In this document: positions 22,238 through 30,574 of the stretch, one piece after another
Numbering within the stretch: the stretch's first letter is position 1
Layout of the letters: each line of letters opens with the position of its first letter
IMG/VR virus record: IMGVR_UViG_3300045988_042432
Source of the DNA: a virus
DNA length: 64,000 nucleotides
Strand: one strand, 5' to 3'
Position numbers and translations under genes: made by a program
The notes under the pieces: model-generated
The model's input: only the letters and a program-made list of their open reading frames with translations
The model's database searches: none
Told to the model about the DNA's origin: nothing

Positions 22238-22759
22238 ATGGACAATAACTTGTATTATATCTTAGGAGGCATCGCCTATGGTATATTTATCCTACAATTC
22301 ATAATATCATGGGTTGCTGGGGAGTTCGATGTCGATGTAGACTTTGATGGTGATGCTGATTTTGATGTCAGTGATGTTGTATCCTTTAAAGGATTTATCC
22401 ATTTCTTCATGGGATTCGGAGGATGGACATCTATTAAGCAATTATTAGGTTATGAAGTAACCTGGATTGATTGGTTAATAGGATTCTTTATAGGTCTTGT
22501 GTTTGTATTTATGCTGTATCATTTATATAAGTTCTGTATGAAATTGCAGAACCTTCCTAAAGACGAACCGAAGACTAACTTAGTTGGCAGAACTGCTACT
22601 ATCTATGTACATTTAGGTGAAGGGCGCCATTTGGCATCCGTGAACATAAGTGGAGCATTGAGAGAAGTAGAAGTTGTATCTCTTAATAAGAAGATATATC
22701 CTGTCAATGAGCCAGTAACGATTCGTAAATACGAAGACAATAAATTATACATAGATTAA
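22238..22759 (+). CDS. NfeD-like membrane protein
   Basis: Track ORF of 173 aa. N-terminal TM helices plus a C-terminal beta-rich domain (GRTATIYVHLGEGRHLASVNISGALREVEVVSL...), directly upstream of the flotillin gene. Confidence 0.55.
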   Translation: MDNNLYYILGGIAYGIFILQFIISWVAGEFDVDVDFDGDADFDVSDVVSFKGFIHFFMGFGGWTSIKQLLGYEVTWIDWLIGFFIGLVFVFMLYHLYKFCMKLQNLPKDEPKTNLVGRTATIYVHLGEGRHLASVNISGALREVEVVSLNKKIYPVNEPVTIRKYEDNKLYID

Positions 22760-22772
22760 TACCAATTTCAAG

Positions 22773-24734
22773 ATGGAAATGACATCATTAATTATCGTTG
22801 GTGTAGTTGTACTAGTTGCAATCATCACTATCATTGGGATTCTATCCCGCTACCGTAAATGTAAATCTGACGAATTGTTGGTAGTTTATGGTAAAACAGG
22901 CTCTCACAAAGAGAAAGTTAGCGAACGCGACGCTAAAGGTAATCTGGTTGACAGAGAAGTTGAAATTAAAACTGCCAAAGTTTATCATGGTGGTGCAGCT
23001 TTTGTATGGCCGATTATACAGGGTTATGAAGTAATGTCAATGCAGCCGATTCAATTGAATCTTGTATTGAAGAATGCTTTGTCAGCTCAAAATATTCGTG
23101 TAACTATCCCTACCACTGTAACTGTTGCTATTAGCCAAGAACCGCTGATTATGCAGAATGCTGCTAATCGCTTACTAGGTGCTGATGATGACGTTAAAGA
23201 AAGTTTGATTTCAGATATTGTTTATGGTCAGATGAGGCTTGTTATTGCTTCGATGACTATTGAAGAGCTTAACTCTGACAGAGACAAGTTCCTAGCTCAA
23301 GCTAGAGACAATATCAATACAGAATTGAACAAACTTGGTCTTTATCTGATGAATATCAATATCAGTGACATTCAAGATGCTGCTCAATATATTGATAATC
23401 TTGGTAAGAAAGAAGAGACTAAAGCAAGAGCGCAATCACAAGCTGATATCGCAGAAGAAGAGAAGAAAGGAGCAATCCAGATAGCTCAAACTACGAGAGA
23501 GAAGGAGATTGCAATTGCAGCAGCTACTAAGGAGCAAGAAACTATAGTGGCTGAAACTAACAGGGAGAAAGAAGTTGCTATTGCTAAGACCACTAAAGAG
23601 AAAGAAACTCAATTGGCCGAGCAGCATAAGGAGCAGCAAATTGCTGTTGCAGAGCAAAGAAAGGAACGTGAAATTGGTGTGGCTACAGCCCAAACTGAAG
23701 AAGCATCCAAAGTTGCCGAGCAAGAAGCATTAAGAGCTGCTAAGATTGCAGAGCAGCAAGCTTATGCAACTGCTAAAGAAGCAGAATTTACTGCCAAAGC
23801 TGAAGCCGCTAAGGCAGAAGCAGAAGCAGAGAAGGAAGTTCGTATGGCAGTAGCAGCACAAAACCAAGAAGCTGAAACTGTTAAAGCACAACAGGAAAAG
23901 GAAGCTAAAACTGCACAGTATGAATCAGAAGCCCGTCAAAAGGCAGCTGAAGCAGAGAAAGCAGCAGGAGTAGCTGAACAGAAAGCTACTATTGAAGTTT
24001 CCAAAGCTAAGGGAGAAGCAGAGAAAGCTAAAGCTGAAGCAGAAAGAGTAGCTGGTACTTCTAAAGTTGAAGCTCAAATGGCAGTTGCTAAAACAGAGCA
24101 AGAACGTCAGGTGGAAGTTAACGAAGCTAAAGCTAAAGCTGAAGAAGCTAAGCTTAAAGCTGAAGTAATTATACCTGCCGAGAAAGCCAAAGAGAAAGCT
24201 AAAATTGAAGCAGAAGCTGTTAAGAGTGTAGCCATTCTTGAAGCAGAAGCGGAAGCAGCTAAAATCTTGAAAGCAGCAGAAGCTAAAGCAAATGCTACTA
24301 AGATGCAACTGGAAGCAGAAGCTGAAGGTACCAAGAAGAAACTTCTTGCTGAAGCTGAAGGTAAGAAAGCATCTTTAATGGCAGAAGCTGAACAGAAACA
24401 GGCAATGGAAATGGCTCCGGCTCTTGCAGTTGAACATATGATTAAATCAGGTATGCATCCTGAAGCAATCGTTCAATATGCAATGACCGACAGGTGGAAA
24501 GAAGTTGCTGAAGCCAACGCTAAGGTGTTTGAACATATCCAGCTTGGTAATGTTACTGTGTATGGTGATTCCAATACTGCTGGGCAGTTCATGGCTAATA
24601 TGGCTAAGAATCTTGCTCCTAGCTTGGAAATTGCTCGCAATTTGCCCATTGCAGATTCGCTTAAGCAAATAATCACTGGCAAGAAGCCGGAAGAATCACC
24701 AGCTAAAGGTGATGAATTTCCTCCTGTAAAGTAA
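22773..24734 (+). CDS. flotillin-like SPFH/band-7 protein
   Basis: Track ORF of 653 aa. N-terminal TM helix, an SPFH-like region (VWPIIQGYEVMSMQPIQLNL...MTIEELNSDRDKF...), then about 300 aa of A/E/K-rich coiled coil. Confidence 0.8.
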   Translation: MEMTSLIIVGVVVLVAIITIIGILSRYRKCKSDELLVVYGKTGSHKEKVSERDAKGNLVDREVEIKTAKVYHGGAAFVWPIIQGYEVMSMQPIQLNLVLKNALSAQNIRVTIPTTVTVAISQEPLIMQNAANRLLGADDDVKESLISDIVYGQMRLVIASMTIEELNSDRDKFLAQARDNINTELNKLGLYLMNINISDIQDAAQYIDNLGKKEETKARAQSQADIAEEEKKGAIQIAQTTREKEIAIAAATKEQETIVAETNREKEVAIAKTTKEKETQLAEQHKEQQIAVAEQRKEREIGVATAQTEEASKVAEQEALRAAKIAEQQAYATAKEAEFTAKAEAAKAEAEAEKEVRMAVAAQNQEAETVKAQQEKEAKTAQYESEARQKAAEAEKAAGVAEQKATIEVSKAKGEAEKAKAEAERVAGTSKVEAQMAVAKTEQERQVEVNEAKAKAEEAKLKAEVIIPAEKAKEKAKIEAEAVKSVAILEAEAEAAKILKAAEAKANATKMQLEAEAEGTKKKLLAEAEGKKASLMAEAEQKQAMEMAPALAVEHMIKSGMHPEAIVQYAMTDRWKEVAEANAKVFEHIQLGNVTVYGDSNTAGQFMANMAKNLAPSLEIARNLPIADSLKQIITGKKPEESPAKGDEFPPVK

Positions 24735-24755
24735 TCCTTTTACAGTGAATTTCTA

Positions 24756-24821
24756 AGAAGACTTACAGCACTAAGGTAATCATAAGCGATTGATATAGCA
24801 TAAATAAGTCTTCTGTGGATT
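24756..24821 (+). promoter_or_regulatory. tRNA-leader hairpin family, copy D
   Basis: AGAAGACTTA-CAGCACTAA...TAAGTCTTCT, then GTGGATT, then tRNA-Ser +1. Confidence 0.65.
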
Positions 24822-24909
24822 GGAGAGTTGGGTGAGTGGCTTAAACCAGTCCCCTGCTAAGGGACCGAACCTCAAAAGGGTTCCGCTGGTTCGAATCCAG
24901 CACTCTCCG
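24822..24909 (+). tRNA. tRNA-Ser(GCT), class II
   Basis: Acceptor GGAGAGT/ACTCTCC with G73. Anticodon arm GTCCC-CTGCTAA-GGGAC. Long variable arm. T arm GCTGG-TTCGAAT-CCAGC. Confidence 0.9.
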
Positions 24910-24961
24910 CGCTGGCTAATAAGAGTTTGCGAAAATCATTATTAACCTAATTATTAGAATT

Positions 24962-25249
24962 ATGGTGAAGGTATTAAATTCAAGAGAATTGAGGAGTATA
25001 GATTTAAAATCTATTCCTGATGCAGTTATCTTAGCTTTTAATACTTTAATAGTTAAGAACTGGAGTGGTAAAGCTTCTGAATTTAAGCAATCAGATGTAA
25101 TAGCCTATGTAGCATCTGAAGGTTTAACCGAAGAAGAGGTAATTAAGAACCATTGGTTAGATGTAGAACCTCTATATCGAGAGAATGGTTTTGATGTGAA
25201 GTATGTAAGATGTCCAGAAGGCAATAAGTTTGTATTCTGGAAAGCTTAA
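24962..25249 (+). CDS. hypothetical protein (95 aa)
   Basis: Track ORF. Confidence 0.6.
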   Translation: MVKVLNSRELRSIDLKSIPDAVILAFNTLIVKNWSGKASEFKQSDVIAYVASEGLTEEEVIKNHWLDVEPLYRENGFDVKYVRCPEGNKFVFWKA

Positions 25250-25257
25250 TAAGGTAT

Positions 25258-25330
25258 ACTGGATTCGACTAGTGGTTTAGGTCGACGCACTTTCGATGCG
25301 TAAACAGGGGTTCGAATCCCCTATCCAGTG
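25258..25330 (+). tRNA. tRNA-Glu(TTC)
   Basis: Acceptor ACTGGAT/ATCCAGT. Anticodon arm ACGCA-CTTTCGA-TGCGT. T arm AGGGG-TTCGAAT-CCCCT. Confidence 0.85.
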
Positions 25331-25359
25331 CATTAGTAATGAATTAATAATTACAGCTT

Positions 25360-26253
25360 ATGAAAGAATGTAACAAAGTATTCTTTGGCGAGAAGGGATT
25401 AACCCAAACTTCTGCCAATCACCTGGCTAATATAGCTAAGGAGACAGTGGAATCTAATAGACAAGCTTTAGATTCTGTAGGGTTTGTGAATGTCAATATT
25501 AGCTTGTTAAGTGGAGGTAACTCCAGGACTGTAAAGACAGGTAGAAATGAGGCATATCTTGATAATGTACCTACATTACTTCAAGAAGTTGCTAATATGA
25601 ATGCCTTCTGCGCATGGATTCGTGAAGCTATTAAGGCTAGAGAAGAAGAACTTGAAATTATTAACAGGTACACTTGGGATGTATATGCTACAGATGTAGC
25701 TGGATTCAAGTTGGACACCCCGATTAAGGGTCATATCCTTACCGAAGAGGAAGCAATTGCTTCATTGAGCATTGCAGAACGTATGGAATATTATAGACTA
25801 GAAGCAGAAGCATCTGCTATTGGTAAGTATATTCATCCAATGCGTCCGTTTGCAAACGCCCGTAGAGCTTTAATGGATGCCTATACTAATCCTACTAAGG
25901 TTGAAGGTTCTGGCACTGACACAATCGTGTACTCGTATGACCCGTCTGTTAGTAGTGATAAGGTAGAGAATACATTCTTTGCATTGCAGCAGAAACACAG
26001 AGACATATCAGCTAGACTTAATAAGATTAAGTTCAAAATTGATAAAATGGTAAAGGATTCTGAATATGAAGTCAATCAGGCTTATAAACAAGCTGTTGAT
26101 AGATTCAATTTGGATGCCAAAACCCTGTCTCAACAATGTGAAACTTGGAAAGTTGAAGAACGTAAGAAACTATTGGAACTTAAGATAGTAATTCCTAATG
26201 AGTTACAAGCAACTTATGAGTTACTAACTAAGATTTCCAATCCAGATAAATAG
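25360..26253 (+). CDS. hypothetical protein (297 aa)
   Basis: Track ORF that ends in TAG. Confidence 0.7.
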   Translation: MKECNKVFFGEKGLTQTSANHLANIAKETVESNRQALDSVGFVNVNISLLSGGNSRTVKTGRNEAYLDNVPTLLQEVANMNAFCAWIREAIKAREEELEIINRYTWDVYATDVAGFKLDTPIKGHILTEEEAIASLSIAERMEYYRLEAEASAIGKYIHPMRPFANARRALMDAYTNPTKVEGSGTDTIVYSYDPSVSSDKVENTFFALQQKHRDISARLNKIKFKIDKMVKDSEYEVNQAYKQAVDRFNLDAKTLSQQCETWKVEERKKLLELKIVIPNELQATYELLTKISNPDK

Positions 26254-26536
26254 GTGCTATAGTCTTGAATCTCATTGGATTCTAACATAGCTTTGCGTGA
26301 GTAGTATGAATTGCATCAAAGACTCTAGTCGATGCATTGTCGACAAATTAATCGTGTTCTGTATTCCATACAGGGACGATTTCCAGCATAATTAAGTATT
26401 ATTAATTCAAACCCTGTCAGTCTATTGCGAAGTTACAAAATTCCTTTGACTTTGCCCTAGATAGCAATAGGCTGGTCTTTGACTTTAATCTTAATTTTGT
26501 CATAGTTGCAATTAACTACTCACGACTATTTAACAC

Positions 26537-26609
26537 GCAGCTATCTACTAACTGGTTAGGTAATATGCCTCTCAAGCATAAAATACGGGTTCGAGTCCCG
26601 TTAGCTGTA
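26537..26609 (+). tRNA. tRNA-Glu(CTC)
   Basis: Acceptor GCAGCTA/TAGCTGT. Anticodon arm TATGC-CTCTCAA-GCATA. T arm ACGGG-TTCGAGT-CCCGT. Confidence 0.8.
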
Positions 26610-26724
26610 CCTCGTACATAATCCTTCCAATCAGGTAACTGGTTAGGCAATAATAATCATGTACACTCTAAGGCGACGTAAGGGATAGGAGCTTAGACGG
26701 TAGCTAGCGCTGTAGTACGCAATG

Positions 26725-26755
26725 GTGGGATAGAAACGGCTAGCACCCACTTTTT
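26725..26755 (+). terminator. terminator-like hairpin inside the tRNA-Glu/tRNA-Asp spacer
   Basis: GTGGG-(16 nt)-CCCAC followed by TTTTT (26751-26755). It would end a transcript of about 145 nt starting after tRNA-Glu. Confidence 0.4.
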
Positions 26756-26914
26756 ATGAATTGCCATGTCCCATTTGGCACATCTGAATAGTAATTGTGG
26801 GTTGGACACACGATTACAGTAAGAGAATAACTCAGCTAGCGGGAAGGGACAATATCTGAATAACTGATTGCCAGTCCAAGCATAGGTTTTGAGGGTAGGT
26901 TAAGCAAGCTTCAT

Positions 26915-26987
26915 GGTGCATTCGTTCAGTGATTAGGATGCCTCACTGTCTATGAGGAGACCACGGGTTTGAATCCCGTATGCACCG
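26915..26987 (+). tRNA. tRNA-Asp(GTC)
   Basis: Acceptor GGTGCAT/ATGCACC. Anticodon arm CCTCA-CTGTCTA-TGAGG. T arm ACGGG-TTTGAAT-CCCGT. Confidence 0.9.
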
Positions 26988-27004
26988 CTTTCTTTGATTT
27001 ACAA

Positions 27005-27045
27005 AGGAGATGTCAGCACACTTGGTAACATCGTCTCCTGTTTAT
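27005..27045 (+). promoter_or_regulatory. tRNA-leader hairpin family, copy E (short)
   Basis: AGGAGATG-TCAGCACAC...CATCGTCTCCT, then GTTTAT, then tRNA +1. Confidence 0.55.
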
Positions 27046-27128
27046 GCCGACTTCGCATAGTGGTTGATTGCACGTGACTTGTAATCACGAGAGGAAACTC
27101 CACGTCAGTTCGAATCTGACAGTCGGCT
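27046..27128 (+). tRNA. tRNA with anticodon TGT (Thr) and a 14-nt variable region
   Basis: Acceptor GCCGACT/AGTCGGC. Anticodon arm CGTGA-CTTGTAA-TCACG. Variable region AGAGGAAACTCCAC. T arm GTCAG-TTCGAAT-CTGAC. Confidence 0.65.
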
Positions 27129-27215
27129 CGATTGTAATCCTAGATGATTACAGTTAGATTATAAATTACCACACAGAGATGCTTATTGAATTTAACATGT
27201 TAAATGTAAGTGTAA

Positions 27216-27596
27216 ATGAGCAGTTTTAAAGAGAAATTAAGTAAGAGTGGACAAAGTGTACTTGATGCAAGAGCGCAGAATCTGTATGAATTGGCTAAAA
27301 TCGAGGAAGACAGATTTGTTCAGGATTGTAAGTTGAAAGTACTCCGCATTCAGGGAGAAATCAACAAACACAATGACCTGGCTGTTAAATCAAGAGACTC
27401 TTTGAATCCGGGAGAAGGACTGAATCCGGCTGAATGGGTAAGAACAAGACATGAATTGGCACGTAAACTGCGTGTTGCAAAGATTGAACTTGCTCTAGCT
27501 ATGCAAGTCGATGCAGAAGAATTTCCCGCTGATGCATCAGAATCCATTAATTTGGATGACGTGAAAGATGACGCTGCTGCAACTGTAAATGAATAA
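27216..27596 (+). CDS. hypothetical coiled-coil protein (126 aa)
   Basis: Track ORF. Confidence 0.65.
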   Translation: MSSFKEKLSKSGQSVLDARAQNLYELAKIEEDRFVQDCKLKVLRIQGEINKHNDLAVKSRDSLNPGEGLNPAEWVRTRHELARKLRVAKIELALAMQVDAEEFPADASESINLDDVKDDAAATVNE

Positions 27597-27599
27597 TTT

Positions 27600-28532
27600 A
27601 TGGGAGCAGGTAGTTATTCTAGAATTGCTTATGATGTAGAGGCCGGCAGTAGGGGTTTATATACCTCCACTAGGGATGAACTCTTTAAGAGCCATGCCAT
27701 TAATGCATGTAATACTGCTGCATCGCTTAACAACAATGTTAGGCAGTATAACACGCAGATAAGGCAAGAAATGGTTAACGTGGGTGTTCGTGAATCTCGT
27801 GATTCTAAAGAACATCCTTTCTCTACTCCGATAATCATTGCGCTAGACGTTACTGGTTCAATGATGGACACACCTTATGAAATGATTAGAGACCAATTCC
27901 CTAAGATTATGGACTCTCTCATTCAACTAGGTGTGCGTGACCCACAAATCATGTTTATGGCAGTTGGGGACCACGTTTATGACCGATATCCAATTCAAAT
28001 TGGTCAGTTTGAGTCTGATACAGCTAAAATCCTTGACACTTTACAGTCATTCGTGATTGAAGGTGGAGGAGGAGGTAATAGAGGTGAAAGCTATCTACTA
28101 TCTCACATCGTAGCGGGTTATCATACTGAAACTGATTCCTGGTTTGAAAGACACACTAAGGGATTCTTATTTACTATTGGAGATGAACCAAATCTCGATA
28201 AGGTAGAGGGATGTTACTTAGAACGTGTTCTAGGGTATCAAAAAGGTGCTAAAACCATTACTTGTCAAGAAGCTCTTGACAAAGCAAAGGAACAGTACCA
28301 TGTATTCCACATTCACATTACTAATGCCAGTCATGGCTCAAGGGTTGCTGAATCTTGGAAGACTTTACTTGGACAGAATGTATTGACATGTACATCTGGA
28401 GAAGTAGACAAGGTGATTGTCACCGCAATTAAAGAGAACTATGAGGAGCCTGTTGAAGGCTTAGCTCCTAGTGCTTCTGTTAGTCAGGAATGGCAAGATG
28501 TGCCGTCTGATAGTAATGACAAATTTTATTAA
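27600..28532 (+). CDS. von Willebrand factor A (vWA) domain protein
   Basis: Track ORF of 310 aa. PIIIALDVTGSMMDT is a DxSxS-type MIDAS motif. Confidence 0.6.
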   Translation: MGAGSYSRIAYDVEAGSRGLYTSTRDELFKSHAINACNTAASLNNNVRQYNTQIRQEMVNVGVRESRDSKEHPFSTPIIIALDVTGSMMDTPYEMIRDQFPKIMDSLIQLGVRDPQIMFMAVGDHVYDRYPIQIGQFESDTAKILDTLQSFVIEGGGGGNRGESYLLSHIVAGYHTETDSWFERHTKGFLFTIGDEPNLDKVEGCYLERVLGYQKGAKTITCQEALDKAKEQYHVFHIHITNASHGSRVAESWKTLLGQNVLTCTSGEVDKVIVTAIKENYEEPVEGLAPSASVSQEWQDVPSDSNDKFY

Positions 28533-28566
28533 ACTGAAATGATTAGTATTGTATTAGGAACAGTAC

Positions 28567-29316
28567 ATGGGTAAGAAATTGACCGAGGAGGAAGTAATAT
28601 CTAGGTTTAGAGATGTTCATGGAGACAAATACGACTATAGTAAAGTCGTCTATGTAGATATGAACTCTAAAGTAACCATTATATGTCCGGAGCATGGAGA
28701 GTTTGAACAAACTCCCGCCAAACATATTAATAGGAAGCATGGATGCCCTAAATGCAAGGGTACTAAACTAAGAAACCACTTCTCTTCTACTACCGAAGAA
28801 TTTGTAAGGAAGGCTGTTAGCAAACATGGCGACAGATATAACTACTCTAAAGTAGAGTATGTTAATTCTAGAACTAAGGTTTGTATCATGTGCAAAAAGC
28901 ACGGGGAATTTTACGTAACTCCAGATAACCATCTGAAAGGACGTGGATGTCCTAGATGCAAACAGTCTCGTGGAGAGAACATGATTGAAGCATGGTTACA
29001 ACGAAGTAATATTCGTTATGAACGACAATTCGTATTGATTAACCAGGAGATAGACAGGCCCTCACATAGATTAGTTATTGATTTCTTTGTAAAGCATAAA
29101 GGACGTCAGTATTTCATAGAGTACGATGGGGAACAGCACTTCAGCCCAACCTATAGATTCTATGATAGCATGGCTGATTTCCAAATGCAACAACACAGGG
29201 ACCAGCTACTTAATGATTTCTGTGATAGACATAAGGATGCAGTTACCTTGATAAGGGTGAATTGTAGACAATGTGAAGCAGAGATAACTCATACATTAAG
29301 TAGCACAATAGCATAA
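28567..29316 (+). CDS. putative free-standing endonuclease: duplicated Zn-ribbon module + PD-(D/E)XK (Vsr/DUF559-like) core
   Basis: Track ORF of 249 aa. It has two HGD(K/R)Y(D/N)YSKV.Y......CxxHGEF...P..H..G.GCPxC repeats and a C-terminal ...VIDFFV...FIEYDGEQHF. Confidence 0.5.
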   Translation: MGKKLTEEEVISRFRDVHGDKYDYSKVVYVDMNSKVTIICPEHGEFEQTPAKHINRKHGCPKCKGTKLRNHFSSTTEEFVRKAVSKHGDRYNYSKVEYVNSRTKVCIMCKKHGEFYVTPDNHLKGRGCPRCKQSRGENMIEAWLQRSNIRYERQFVLINQEIDRPSHRLVIDFFVKHKGRQYFIEYDGEQHFSPTYRFYDSMADFQMQQHRDQLLNDFCDRHKDAVTLIRVNCRQCEAEITHTLSSTIA

Positions 29317-29320
29317 TTTT

Positions 29321-30388
29321 ATGATAAATATAGTTTTAGGTAGTTTCTTCGGCGATTGCGGTAAGGGACAGACAGTTCACAACTTATGTAACAAGTACAT
29401 AGGTAAGCGAGAGTCTGTGTTAGTAGTCAGGTTTAGTGGTGGACATCAAGTAGGACATACTGTAAAGCATGGAGACATGATGCACACCTTTAGTAACTTT
29501 GGCAGCGGAACCTTACTTGGAGTGCCGACGTACTGGTCCGAATACTGTACTGTAGACCCAATTACCTCTATGTTGGAGGGTGCAGACTTAGCTAAAATGG
29601 GAGTTCATCCCATTGTTCAGTATCACCCTCACTGCCAAGTTGTAATTCCCTTCGATGTCTATTCCCAAGTTAATAACGAAGAGAACTTACGACATGGTAC
29701 TGTAGGTACAGGGTTTAAAGCTTGTTTGGACCGAGTTAAGGCAGGATACAGCTTAACAGTTGTAGATTGTATGAATCCTTACATACTGCGTGAGAAACTA
29801 AATGCCATAGTGGATAACTATTACAACATGTCTAGTAAATATCCTTCGATAGACCTAGACAACTGGTGTAGGTTAGCACATGCTTATTTCTTACATACAG
29901 GTACGGTTAATGAAGATTGCTTGTTGAATTATGATAACCTAGTGTTTGAAGGTTCACAGGGAATATTGCTTGACCAAAGATTCGGCATAATGCCTTATTG
30001 TACTCCGTCTAATACAACTTCACAAAACGCTTACGAGCTGTTGCGGAAAGCAGGTATACGTAAAGAAATCCAAACTTGTTATGTAACTCGTCCTTATATA
30101 ACAAGGCATGGTAACGGCCCGTTTCCTTCTGGAATGTCTGTTAGGGATGTCGATGACCCTAATAATAAGTTCAACGATTTCCAGAAGACGCTTAGGGCTA
30201 TTGATTTCGACAAAGACCTATTCGCACACAGTGTACGCATTAACCGTTCATTTAAGGTTCCTTATAGGAATGAACGAACGGAGAAATTGTACGTATCACA
30301 TTGGGATGAAGCATCTGACGCAGAGCGAGAAATGCTAGCAAATTTATGGATGTCGATACAGCCCATGATATTCGATAAGTTAGTTTAG
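29321..30388 (+). CDS. adenylosuccinate synthetase-like enzyme (short PurA/PurZ-family homolog)
   Basis: Track ORF of 355 aa. GDCGKGQ matches PurA [16 protein letters not shown] matches [34 protein letters not shown] matches [36 protein letters not shown] matches TRVGAGPFPT. The TTGRRRR motif is absent. Confidence 0.7.
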   Translation: [355 protein letters not shown]

Positions 30389-30407
30389 GAGTCTTCGGAC
30401 TCCTTTT
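30388..30407 (+). terminator. intrinsic terminator
   Basis: GGAGTC-ttcg-GACTCC followed by TTTT. Confidence 0.7.
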
Positions 30408-30409
30408 AC

Positions 30410-30481
30410 TGGGCTATGGTGTAGTGGTAGTCACACAAGGTTTTGGCTCTTGTAGCCCAGGTTCGAATCCTGGTAGCCCAA
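30410..30481 (+). tRNA. tRNA-Gln(TTG)
   Basis: Acceptor TGGGCTA/TAGCCCA (U1:A72). Anticodon arm CAAGG-TTTTGGC-TCTTG. T arm CCAGG-TTCGAAT-CCTGG. Confidence 0.85.
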
Positions 30482-30574
30482 CTACTAATTATTTCAGTTT
30501 AAAATAGAATTTATCATGAAGTCACTAACAACACTACTCTTTGAGAACTGTTAATTGTGAGCGGATATAAACAT

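Noticed and set aside
23436-24334. Antisense and alternate-frame track ORFs inside the flotillin gene (23436..23723, 23925..24308, 24107..24334, 24447..24682 on the minus strand).
   Set aside because: They are low-complexity translations (S/F/L/C-rich) produced by the GCN/GAA-rich coiled-coil coding region. They lie fully inside a well-supported 653-aa CDS.
23400-24400. A possible tandem DNA repeat or array in the Ala/Glu/Lys-rich part of the flotillin gene.
   Set aside because: The repetition is compositional, at the codon and amino-acid level (AEAEK-type coiled coil). There is no fixed repeat unit or spacer structure, so it is not a CRISPR or VNTR-like array.
27090-27103. GAGGAAACTCC, resembling the RNase P RNA P4 motif GAGGAAAGTCC.
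   Set aside because: It lies inside an 83-nt tRNA as its variable region. No roughly 350-nt RNase P scaffold surrounds it.
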